Shown in pieces: positions 1 to 8,974 of a stretch of 64,000 bases of DNA. The stretch comes from Thermoproteota archaeon. GTDB taxonomy: Archaea; Asgardarchaeota; Njordarchaeia; Njordarchaeales; Panguiarchaeaceae. The notes beneath the pieces were generated by a model, which was not told where the DNA came from, did not search any database, and was given only the letters and a program-made list of their open reading frames with translations. Location: the NCBI GenBank assembly GCA_024720975.1, contig JANJXX010000002.1, positions 96,001-160,000 on the forward strand. The letters run 5' to 3'. The position numbers and the translations under genes are program-made. The stretch's first letter is position 1. The number at the start of each line of letters is the position of its first letter.

Positions 1-84
1 CTGTAGCGCTTTGTTTCAGTTTTTCTAGGCCCTCCATAGGGTTGCATCACTAGTGTAGAAATATCCAGGTAATAGGTTTTTATT

Positions 85-171
85 TGGCGCCCCCGGCGGG
101 ACTCGAACCCGCATTTCCCCTCTAGCCTGGGGCTTGACAGGCCCCCATGCTAGCCCCTACACCACGGGGGC
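85..171 (-). tRNA. tRNA-Asp(GTC) with encoded CCA and a probable 12-nt intron at 45/46 (nt 115-126)
   Basis: Reverse complement folds as a cloverleaf: GCCCCCG/CGGGGGC acceptor, GGGGC-CTGTCAA-GCCCC anticodon arm, GCGGG-TTCGAGT-CCCGC T arm. The variable region is 16 nt long. Confidence 0.93.
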
Positions 172-460
172 TCGCGCTTAAATGTATTATAAGCGTCTGA
201 TCTGAAAAGCTTGAAGCTACTTTGACCATTATTCAACATTTGGCTATTCAATATTTATAAAGTTTTTATGATTCTGGACAAGCCTTTGGATATCTTAGCA
301 GTCCCGACGGCAGTATATGTCCTGTAATTTTGTCTGCTGGCCTACTAAACGACCGGTAGGCTCCAGTTTATTTGAAACGACGCTGGAGACGATAGACAAT
401 ATTAGGAAAAAGGAACTTGTACCCTTAAGTTTTTAGGCTGTCTGAGCTCTCTCCTTAATC

Positions 461-1093
461 TCACTTGAGTTTGGACGCCTTAACGTATTCCCTGTATACC
501 TTATAATCATTCATCATGAGGATTATTATCATTGGCACTATGACTGCTAACGTGTAAACTGATAGTACTGTTAATGCATGCCTAACGTCGGCGGATTTTT
601 TGGGCCCCTCTAAATAAACGACGCATTCATCAGATATCACCGTAAACATTTTCCCTTTAGAATCAAAGTAGTTAACTTTAACTCTCCCAAGTGATAATTC
701 CTCTTGTTTTGATAGTTTTATGCTTAAGTTGTATTCTACGATAACGCTTATATTTGGTTTAAGTTCGTTAATGAAGTAGTTTCTATAATACCCATATGTT
801 TCTAAGGTCCATTCAGGGTAATTCTCATCAATTATAGTCAAGTTATACGCCGTGTCATTTCCGAGATTGCTTACAATTATGGATACTTTAAAAGGATCCC
901 CTACATTAACCTTGCGAGGAGCTACCTTAGTTGCGAAGATTAGTGGGTACTTGATCTCAGTCTTTTGAGAAATATTGATCTGTGCACATTTAACACATGA
1001 GCCAGGTTCATGTGACGTATGACACCACGGCAGAGATAAGAATAGTATTAAAATTAAACAGCACAGCAATGTAAATCGAAGCCATCTCGACAT
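461..1093 (-). CDS. TRAP-beta (SSR2)/BatD-like Ig-fold membrane protein
   Basis: N-terminal signal/TM segment, VSNLGNDTAYNLTIIDENYP motif resembling TRAP-beta, C-terminal TM helix. Lies directly downstream of STT3. Confidence 0.6.
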   Translation of the reverse strand: MSRWLRFTLLCCLILILFLSLPWCHTSHEPGSCVKCAQINISQKTEIKYPLIFATKVAPRKVNVGDPFKVSIIVSNLGNDTAYNLTIIDENYPEWTLETYGYYRNYFINELKPNISVIVEYNLSIKLSKQEELSLGRVKVNYFDSKGKMFTVISDECVVYLEGPKKSADVRHALTVLSVYTLAVIVPMIIILMMNDYKVYREYVKASKLK

Positions 1094-1116
1094 ATTAGCA
1101 CCATACTCCGCTTTTT

Positions 1117-3219
1117 TTACCTCGTAGAAATCAAAACTGATGATGCATTAAATACTGCAGGAAATGATGGCAAGTAGGATAGTTCCTCCGGCCATACAAG
1201 TCTGTAGAGCTTTACAAAGCTTCTTCCCTCTGTCTTTTTCATAACAAGCACAAAGTAAGACAAACTCTCGACTCTGAACTGACTCGCCTTATCCTTTAGC
1301 TTCGTTTCGCCATAATTACGTACCCATGTGTCCGCGTTTGCGCCTTCACCATATGCAAGGCAGACCCATAGAACTGAGTAGAAGAATGGTTCTTTGTAGC
1401 GGAATTCTTCTTTATTCAGGTATGCATCCTCGCTAATTCCGTACATAGGTGCATGCGCGCTAGCTATCCTTATCATCCAAATGGCTTTTGGTAAATCTTC
1501 AGAGTACACAAGGATCCATTTGACATTATACATACGCATTAATATTATTGATTTGTTAGGCGGAAGCATTAGCATTGATCCAACGACACCCATTTGCGTG
1601 GAGTTACCCGTACCATTGTCAGAGAGCGTCGTAACATTGGCTGCAATTGTACAACGATAGCCATAGTCCCACCAACTTAGTACAACATCATTAGGACTAG
1701 CATACTTTTTAAGATAGCCAAAAATGGCTCGTTCAGCGTCTGTGTAATCGTAGCCAGCATAGAAACCCGATACCTGTACTCCGTGAATTACTGTTATCGA
1801 AAGCACAAGGAAGATGATTAAGTAGACACCCAAGGCTTCCCCTTTGGGAATTCTTCTTTCACCAAGGTATCTCCTTACTACACGCGCCTTATGAAGTATA
1901 AACCTACCACTAAAGAATCGAGCATAGGGTGAGAGCACGTAATCTATTCCCAGACCAACAACGATAGCAAGTACTGGTGCTCCAAGAACAATGTAACGCG
2001 TGATCGATGCTGCAAAATAGAAGGACGTCACTGTTAATAGTAGTAACACTATATCGGTTTTGGTCCGCTTTTCGATCATGGCAAGTATAGCTGGCGGGAC
2101 AAACAATATCGCGGGTCCGGCCGCTAGGTAGAAGTTAGTCCAAATACCTGGTTGATTTTCTGCTACGCTTATATAAGTAACCATTTGTTCGCGGATAAAG
2201 GGATTTAATACTGAAGCAAACTTACCGACAATTGGGACAAGCTTTCCTGCTGCTAGTAGTGCTAATGCTCCTGTAATACTAAGCGCGAGTCCTCCCATTA
2301 TGATGAGATTATACATACGAGCTCGCGTGCTCCTGAAAATCTTCGCTAAGATCGTAGCAAAATATTCTAACATTATAATCAGAACAATTATCAGTGCTGC
2401 TGCACTTTCGATCCCAGTTGCTATTTCATAGTTTCTTGGAATTATTATTCCTATTCCCAAGCTTATGGGGATAACTATCATTAGAGTTAAGCGATCTTTG
2501 TTATCAAGCGTCCCACTAATTATTCTGATGACGGCATAAACAACGTATATAGCTATCAAGTATCGCCATATACCCCAGCTAAGTATTACTATGCCGGAGA
2601 ATAGACTGCACGCTAATATATCGATGCTCTTGCCGTGTTTTATTGATCGAATAAAGAATAGAATCGCTAGGAGCACAAAGCAGATTGTAATTTCATTATC
2701 GAAGAATCCAGCAATCGTCCTTTGTATATGAGCTGGGGAAACAGCAGTTATTATTGCTGCTATTAGACCTACAGTGGAATCCTTTATCTCCTTACCTAAG
2801 AGGTATACAATTAATACAGCAAGTGAGCCCATTATAGCAGGAGTTACAATAGTAGCTGTTAATAAGTCAACATGGATGCCCAAAGCATTGAGTAAGAGAA
2901 AGATTATTACTCCTAATATGGGAACTATTACATATAGAGAGCTAGGACTATTCCCATATGGATACCAGAACTTGAAGTCATGGTATGCTAACATACCATC
3001 AAGTCCCTTTTCCAGGAGAAGCTTTGCAGCAAAATATTGTACAAATGTGTCATACTCACGCTGACCAATGCCATAACGTACTATGGGTTGAACTCTTAAA
3101 ATGAAGCCTACGATGATAGCTATCGCTAATGTTAGGATTTTTAGTAAAGTTTCCTTTGGAATTTTAAATACACTAAAAAAGTTTGATACCTTTTCGTATA
3201 ATCTCATTACCACCACCAA
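1117..3219 (-). CDS. aglB: Oligosaccharyltransferase STT3/AglB
   Basis: Multi-TM N-terminus; EYD, FFDNE, SVAENQP, WWDYG and DLPKAIWMIRIA motifs. Confidence 0.95.
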   Translation of the reverse strand: MVVVMRLYEKVSNFFSVFKIPKETLLKILTLAIAIIVGFILRVQPIVRYGIGQREYDTFVQYFAAKLLLEKGLDGMLAYHDFKFWYPYGNSPSSLYVIVPILGVIIFLLLNALGIHVDLLTATIVTPAIMGSLAVLIVYLLGKEIKDSTVGLIAAIITAVSPAHIQRTIAGFFDNEITICFVLLAILFFIRSIKHGKSIDILACSLFSGIVILSWGIWRYLIAIYVVYAVIRIISGTLDNKDRLTLMIVIPISLGIGIIIPRNYEIATGIESAAALIIVLIIMLEYFATILAKIFRSTRARMYNLIIMGGLALSITGALALLAAGKLVPIVGKFASVLNPFIREQMVTYISVAENQPGIWTNFYLAAGPAILFVPPAILAMIEKRTKTDIVLLLLTVTSFYFAASITRYIVLGAPVLAIVVGLGIDYVLSPYARFFSGRFILHKARVVRRYLGERRIPKGEALGVYLIIFLVLSITVIHGVQVSGFYAGYDYTDAERAIFGYLKKYASPNDVVLSWWDYGYRCTIAANVTTLSDNGTGNSTQMGVVGSMLMLPPNKSIILMRMYNVKWILVYSEDLPKAIWMIRIASAHAPMYGISEDAYLNKEEFRYKEPFFYSVLWVCLAYGEGANADTWVRNYGETKLKDKASQFRVESLSYFVLVMKKTEGRSFVKLYRLVWPEELSYLPSFPAVFNASSVLISTR

Positions 3220-3329
3220 GAAACCATAATCACTGATTGCGATTTTAAAGTCTTAAAACGGCTATAAAATCAAAAGATTACTAAAAGCTTATTCATGCCT
3301 TTTATGTCAATGCCCGAACTAAGCTAATG

Positions 3330-3554
3330 CTATGTTTCAAGTGTCAATGCAAAAAGTCCATATTCCTCCTTTTGAAGAAGTCTTGCAACTTGCGATTTTT
3401 GGGGGTTCAATATGAGTACTATGTTGGAGTAATTACTTGCAAATTTATCGTTACCGCAAAAAGGACATTTGGATTTGTTGCCCTCTTGAATAAGTTCCTT
3501 TCGAAGTAGAATTCTCTTACACTTCGTACAAGCTACGTATTTTCCTCGTGCCAA
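3330..3554 (-). CDS. spt4: Transcription elongation factor Spt4 (RpoE'')
   Basis: ACTKC...CPFCG Zn ribbon followed by ILNPQKSQVA...GLFAL. Confidence 0.9.
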   Translation of the reverse strand: MARGKYVACTKCKRILLRKELIQEGNKSKCPFCGNDKFASNYSNIVLILNPQKSQVARLLQKEEYGLFALTLET

Positions 3555-3556
3555 TT

Positions 3557-4186
3557 TTACTCCTCAGCAACTATCCTGTAGTATATTTCTTCACCACTGG
3601 GAATAAGTCTTTTGAGGATTTTGTATATTTCCTGGCCAGCATCTTCACCATATTTTTGGATAAGCTCCTCTAAGGCAGGCACAGACCTTCTAATTTCTAT
3701 AATTTGCCCAGGCTTAGCTTTAAGTATACGGACTGCAGGATCGTTAACTAAAATTTTCGGGAATGTTCTATAAGCTAGTTGGTAGTCACCACCAGCGTAT
3801 TTTTCAACTACTTTTTTAGCTTCTTCCGGAGGTAGAACTCGATGCTGAGGAACAAGCCAATGGTCAAATATGTATATGAGGGGCTGTTTGATATCAATCA
3901 CTTCGATACCATAAGATTCTGCTTCCTTTTTAGCTTGGGATGTGGCCTCACGTATGGTAGCAATAAGTCCCTGATCGCAGTTATTTTCCTCCATAGCCTT
4001 TTTTACTCTTCTTACGTGTTGTACACTCAGCTTCCTGTTGATTAGGTATACATATACCCTAGAATTTCCCTTCTGGAAAATAGCCTCAACAGAATCTTTT
4101 TTAGAAACCAACAGGGAGGCTAATGTAAATCCCCGACCTTTTTCCAGAATCTTTTTAACTTCAGTCCATAGTTTTTCTACGGACAT
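3557..4186 (-). CDS. rpoH: RNA polymerase subunit Rpo5/RpoH with RPB5-like N-terminal domain
   Basis: C-terminal HWLVPQH...PKILVNDPAV...KPGQIIEIRR...YYRIV; about 100 extra N-terminal residues. Confidence 0.9.
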   Translation of the reverse strand: MSVEKLWTEVKKILEKGRGFTLASLLVSKKDSVEAIFQKGNSRVYVYLINRKLSVQHVRRVKKAMEENNCDQGLIATIREATSQAKKEAESYGIEVIDIKQPLIYIFDHWLVPQHRVLPPEEAKKVVEKYAGGDYQLAYRTFPKILVNDPAVRILKAKPGQIIEIRRSVPALEELIQKYGEDAGQEIYKILKRLIPSGEEIYYRIVAEE

Positions 4187-4204
4187 AAGATGCCAGCCTT
4201 TGGC

Positions 4205-4906
4205 TTATCGCAAACGCACAGCTTCGGCTATTTTGTCGAGTATTTTTGAAATGTCTCCTTCGATGCGAGCAGAAATTTCAGCGTAAGGCGTTAGACTTGA
4301 TTCGTCAAATGATTTATAAACTATAAAATCGCGAATCGGATATATTTTATGGATCAATGAAAGAATTTCTCTATGAAATGCCTTTCTGATAACCAAATTC
4401 CAAAGAAAATGCTGTGCATCAAATTCCTTTGCCTTTTCGTTAATGTACGAGTTCATTAACTTTCTGATAGCCCTACGTTGATTAAAATGCGCCCGCTTAG
4501 ATGTCATGGCAATTACGGAGACTTTAACTCTGTGATTATCTTTAGTAATGACCCTTGTTACGATCTCACATCTACTTCTTCTTCTACGAACTATCGTAGA
4601 AATTACCTCACGAGGATAGCAGTGTCCAATAAACGCAGCGTGAGCACCCGAGGACGTAACTTTGTTGATGCGAAATAGTAGATCCATCAGCTGATCTTCG
4701 TACGTTGAGACATAGCCTACAGCCTTTATTCTTACAACTCTATTAATAAGATCTTTTGGGTCTACTGTCAAAACCTTTACAAATGGTTCCTTTCCTAAAA
4801 ATTCAGGCGGGTACACCGGAACCCAATAGAACGCTCGCTTCCTAACTATGCGTGGTCGTGCGCTCAAAATATTCCACCTATTTGGTGTTAGTACATTAAG
4901 ATTCAT
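4205..4906 (-). CDS. rps3ae: 30S ribosomal protein eS1 (S3Ae)
   Basis: VRRRRSR, TKDNHRVKV, QRRAIRK and KIYPIR motifs. Confidence 0.85.
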   Translation of the reverse strand: MNLNVLTPNRWNILSARPRIVRKRAFYWVPVYPPEFLGKEPFVKVLTVDPKDLINRVVRIKAVGYVSTYEDQLMDLLFRINKVTSSGAHAAFIGHCYPREVISTIVRRRRSRCEIVTRVITKDNHRVKVSVIAMTSKRAHFNQRRAIRKLMNSYINEKAKEFDAQHFLWNLVIRKAFHREILSLIHKIYPIRDFIVYKSFDESSLTPYAEISARIEGDISKILDKIAEAVRLR

Positions 4907-5040
4907 GGACTATTAGCAAATTAAAAATCAAAAATAACTTATACCTTAAGGGGGCGAAATCGAGATTGCAATAATATCTGTAAGAATCACCAATATGGCT
5001 AAAAAATACTTGGTACAATAAAATAATCTCGGATAATCTC

Positions 5041-5116
5041 GGGCCCGTGGTGTAGTCAGGATTAGCACGCGGGCTTGCGGAGCCTGTAGTCGCGGGTTCA
5101 AGTCCCGCCGGGCCCA
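5041..5116 (+). tRNA. tRNA-Arg(GCG)
   Basis: Cloverleaf with GGGCCCG/CGGGCCC acceptor, CGGGC-TTGCGGA-GCCTG anticodon arm, A20 identity base and GGTTCAAGTCC T arm. CCA is not encoded. Confidence 0.93.
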
Positions 5117-5192
5117 TAGAATTTTACTTAACACCTAAAATGTTCACGCCGCCTCTAGCACGGAGAATTTAATTTCTCTAGATGATGATTCG

Positions 5193-5705
5193 TTACTGCT
5201 CAAGGGCTTCTAGCTCCGAGGTGATAGCTCTATATTTGCGCACAATCAGAAAGATCCCAAGTGAGCAGAATGCGAGTGGAATATGATATAGAAAGATGGT
5301 AATTCTGTAGAATAGAGCGCCTAAAAATTCTTGCGGATTGTGCACAATTAAGAAACCGGGCGACGATAAAGAAAACGTCGCAGTGAAATCACCGACGGTT
5401 ATTAATAATAAAACGAATGCTATTAGACCTAAGTAGTGCAGCACTGCTTCAGATTTTCTCTCAGACGTTACGGCCGTTAGAATTAAACTGAAGATTATTA
5501 GTGCTAGATTCCTTATCGTTGAAGAATTTATGGACACGCTGGTCTTGAGATACTCTGGAGCAAAAAATAATGCATACAGTGTATCCTTAAACGATGGATA
5601 AGAATGCATACTATATTCTAGAAGCGGTACTATTATACACATAATCGCGTCAATAGTGCTGATTATCAGAAGAATGAGAATTACTCTGGATAAGCCTCTC
5701 AACAC
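5193..5705 (-). CDS. Hypothetical membrane protein (about 4 TM)
   Basis: 170-aa ORF with four hydrophobic segments, abutting the TPR gene. Confidence 0.65.
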   Translation of the reverse strand: MLRGLSRVILILLIISTIDAIMCIIVPLLEYSMHSYPSFKDTLYALFFAPEYLKTSVSINSSTIRNLALIIFSLILTAVTSERKSEAVLHYLGLIAFVLLLITVGDFTATFSLSSPGFLIVHNPQEFLGALFYRITIFLYHIPLAFCSLGIFLIVRKYRAITSELEALEQ

Positions 5706-5706
5706 T

Positions 5707-6774
5707 TTAACTACCTATGCATCGCTTAAGTACATTAGCATAAATACGCACTAGTTCATTTGGATAAAGCATATAAGCTTTCCATATAGAATCGAAGGCC
5801 GCTCGGAAGTTCCCTTTGGCTATATAGCATTCAGATAATCCGAATAACGCCAACAGCTTTATTTTTTTATCACGGACTTGAATTAGCGCTCTAAACGCCA
5901 GGGAGGCCTCATCATATGACCCTATGTTAAGTAGAATTGCTCCTCTAAGCAACCTAGCGATAGGATCTTGGCGTATTAGTAATGCTTGTTTTACATACTC
6001 TAAAGCAAGCTTGAACTCTCCATAGAGGGCGTATATCTGGGAGATATTTATTAGAGCCTCAAACTTATCTTTCATATCCCCAGCCAAAGCTACTGCTTTT
6101 GTGAATAGTCCAAGAGCTACAGTGGGTTTATTAAGAAAGAAGAGCACTTTACCTTTAGCTGTTAATAAGTTATAATCATTTTCCCCAGTGGAGTATTGCC
6201 TTAATTTTATCAGCGCTTCCTTAGCAAACGGTGTTTGGGCCATCAGAGCTATCAGATATGATACTAATTCCTGCCTAATAACTGGATCTAATCCACTAAG
6301 TCTATCATTCCTGAGAAGTTTGGTTATGAGAGCTAATGCAAACTTAGAGAAAGGCTCTTCTTTCAAGTAGTCTTGCACTATTTGTCTGCGCAAGTTTGTA
6401 ACTCTCTGCTCACTCAAAAGCTCGTACCAGCTGCCTATCTTATGAGCTAGCGTCGAAACAGGCGATATAATAAGTATTTTGGTCCTAATTCTGCGTAAGG
6501 TATCTAAGATTTTAGTAAAATCATTGACGAGAATACTGGCCACAAGTCTGTATTCGAGAATCTTGACATTGTTCTCATCGTATATGTCTAACTGATCTTC
6601 AAGAAACCTCTCAGAAACGCTTATAATTCCTTCATAATCTCTTTTGAGTAGCTTTATAGCAAGTAGATTCAAGACGCTATCTTTTTCCAATGTAGGCACA
6701 GTATCTGTCACTTTTTTCTCTGCTGAATCTAAGTCTCCTTGAAGTAAGTCAAGGAGCCAGTCAAGCTTTTGCAT
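5707..6774 (-). CDS. Tetratricopeptide repeat protein
   Basis: C-terminal half shows TPR-like helical repeats (e.g. ALINISQIYALYGEFKLALEYVKQAL). Confidence 0.75.
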   Translation of the reverse strand: MQKLDWLLDLLQGDLDSAEKKVTDTVPTLEKDSVLNLLAIKLLKRDYEGIISVSERFLEDQLDIYDENNVKILEYRLVASILVNDFTKILDTLRRIRTKILIISPVSTLAHKIGSWYELLSEQRVTNLRRQIVQDYLKEEPFSKFALALITKLLRNDRLSGLDPVIRQELVSYLIALMAQTPFAKEALIKLRQYSTGENDYNLLTAKGKVLFFLNKPTVALGLFTKAVALAGDMKDKFEALINISQIYALYGEFKLALEYVKQALLIRQDPIARLLRGAILLNIGSYDEASLAFRALIQVRDKKIKLLALFGLSECYIAKGNFRAAFDSIWKAYMLYPNELVRIYANVLKRCIGS

Positions 6775-6859
6775 AGTAAAACCCTTGATAATAAAAGACG
6801 ATACTGATATTAAGTGTTTTGTAGCCTAATGACAGTTCTTAGCTTTGAGGGAAATTAAT

Positions 6860-8161
6860 ATGGTATACATCAAAGATGATATAGAGTCACTGGATGAAAA
6901 GATTGACGAAGAAGTAAGAGTTTGCGGTTGGATTATTAGAAAGAGATCCGTCGGGAAAATTCTATTCTGGAGAGTCCTTGATTCCACAGGAGAAGTGCAA
7001 GTGATCTTCAAGAAGGATGAAGTTCCAGACGAGCTATTTGAAACCGCGCAGAGAGCTACATTACTTAGCGCCGTAGAAGTTAAGGGCATTGTTAGACGAG
7101 CCCAAACTAAGGGCGGGAAGGAAATTGTTCCTAAGGAAGTTATAGTAACGCCCTCGGATCCTATATTACCAATAGATCCCCTAAACAGAACTAGCACCTT
7201 GGCTCAAAGACTTAACTATCGCGCACTTGATCTGCGCGATCCCAAGGTGAGCGCAATCTTCAAAATCCGATCAATGATCGCTCAGGCATTTCGTGAGTAT
7301 TTTACATCTCAGGGATTCGTGGAGATACATACGCCCGCCATAAGCGTATACTCTGCTGAAGGAGGGGCCGATGTTTTTGAGGTTAAGTATTTTGACAAGA
7401 ATGCATATCTTCGACAGTCACCACAACTGTACAAGCAACTTGCCGTGGCAGGTTTGGAGAAAGTCTTTGAGATAGGACCTGCATTTCGTGCGGAAAAACA
7501 TTGGACAATAAGACATCTTTGCGAGTTCACTTCAATGGATATAGAGGTCGCGTGGATAAATGATATTCAACCACTTCTGGAGTTTGCTGAAAATGCGATC
7601 AGATACATATTTGGGAAGTTAAATGAAAATGGAAGGAGGTACTTTGAAATTCTTGGTGTTGAGCCACCCAAAGTCCCTGAAAAACCCTTCCCAAAAATTA
7701 CTTGGGAAGAAGCAATGAAATTCATAAAGGAGCGCGGAATCGCTGTGGAGGGAAAGGACTTACCCCCAGCTGGCGAGAGAGTACTCTACGAGTACTCGAA
7801 AGATCATTATGATTGCGAATTCATATGGATTGTTGACTGGCCATTTGAGGTAAGACCATTCTATGCAATGAAGTATCCTAATTCTGAACTCACGCAAAGT
7901 ATGGATTTGCTGTACCGCGGATTAGAGATACTTACTGGAGGAAAACGCGAACATAGATATGAGATACTAAGAGCACAAATGCTTCAAAAGAATCTCCGAC
8001 CGGAATTTTTCGGATATTATCTGGAAGCATTTAAATACGGTTTTCCTCCTCATGGAGGCTGGGCAATAGGACTAGATAGAATCACAATGCAAATTCTAAA
8101 TTTAGGTAATATCAGGGAGTGTACGCTATTTCCAAGAGATCCTGAGCGCCTAGAACCCTAA
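6860..8161 (+). CDS. aspS: Aspartate--tRNA ligase
   Basis: N-terminal OB fold, QSPQLYKQ, motif 2 FRAE..RHL, motif 3 PPHGG..IGLDR, LFPRD. Confidence 0.93.
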   Translation: MVYIKDDIESLDEKIDEEVRVCGWIIRKRSVGKILFWRVLDSTGEVQVIFKKDEVPDELFETAQRATLLSAVEVKGIVRRAQTKGGKEIVPKEVIVTPSDPILPIDPLNRTSTLAQRLNYRALDLRDPKVSAIFKIRSMIAQAFREYFTSQGFVEIHTPAISVYSAEGGADVFEVKYFDKNAYLRQSPQLYKQLAVAGLEKVFEIGPAFRAEKHWTIRHLCEFTSMDIEVAWINDIQPLLEFAENAIRYIFGKLNENGRRYFEILGVEPPKVPEKPFPKITWEEAMKFIKERGIAVEGKDLPPAGERVLYEYSKDHYDCEFIWIVDWPFEVRPFYAMKYPNSELTQSMDLLYRGLEILTGGKREHRYEILRAQMLQKNLRPEFFGYYLEAFKYGFPPHGGWAIGLDRITMQILNLGNIRECTLFPRDPERLEP

Positions 8162-8297
8162 TTTTATGCTACATTATTTGAGACTCAGATCCTTGAAAAT
8201 TGAGACTAACTTTTAACTAGCTTTATCTTAAATACTTACAAATAACCTGCCAGAAACCTTTATTTGGGTGAAGTTAGCTTTCTAAAGTGATATCCAT

Positions 8298-8924
8298 ATG
8301 TTTTACCTCGTAAAAGCAGAAATAACAACTCCGATAGCCCCCGATCAGATAGATCCGGAGAAGGACATAAATGATGTTGCTCTAGGGATAGTAAGAGAAG
8401 CCTTAGAGGGGACCGTTCATCCAGATTTTGGATATATAATTGCCATCCTTAATGGTAGAACTAAGACTTTCGGGTACATTACAACTCAGACTCCATCGAT
8501 ATTCTTTAAAGTCTACGTTGAAATGCTTGTATTTAAACCTGAGAATAACGAGGTCGTCGAGGGGTCCGTTGAAAACGCCATAGAAACCGGCGTCTTCGTT
8601 AATCTGGGTTTCCAGGATGCATTTATTTCAATAAATGCGCTCGGACAAGACCACTTTGTATATGATATAAGAACCGGTGAGCTTCAAGGCACACGAACTC
8701 AAATAACTATTAGACGCGGGGATTGGATCCGAGGAAAGCTTCTACCTGCAGCTACTAGCATAATTGTAGCAGAGGGGGCACGATGGTCGAAAACAAGAAT
8801 AACTGTGAGAACCCCTATAAGATTAGATAGAGTGACTGGAGAGCTAAGAATCCGAATGAGTAGTCGCGAACCTGGTCTGGGATTGCTTAAGGTAATATTT
8901 AGGAATAAAGTAGAGTCCACTTAG
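8298..8924 (+). CDS. rpoE1: RNA polymerase subunit Rpo7 (RpoE')
   Basis: FKPENNEVVEG.V, GVFVNLG..DAF S1 domain, REPGLG. Confidence 0.9.
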   Translation: MFYLVKAEITTPIAPDQIDPEKDINDVALGIVREALEGTVHPDFGYIIAILNGRTKTFGYITTQTPSIFFKVYVEMLVFKPENNEVVEGSVENAIETGVFVNLGFQDAFISINALGQDHFVYDIRTGELQGTRTQITIRRGDWIRGKLLPAATSIIVAEGARWSKTRITVRTPIRLDRVTGELRIRMSSREPGLGLLKVIFRNKVEST

Positions 8925-8974
8925 TTGGGTTCCAAGTACTATCATAGTACACATATCATAAATTTTAACATGAA

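Noticed and set aside
330-400. Hammerhead ribozyme or SECIS
   Set aside because: No CUGANGA core and no AUGA/GA quartet. No TGA-readthrough candidate nearby.
5041-5116. Reading the tRNA as Ala(TGC)
   Set aside because: The anticodon stem register places GCG at 34-36, and A20 supports Arg.
4896-5134. ORFs of 73 and 62 aa
   Set aside because: Antisense shadows of tRNA-Arg.
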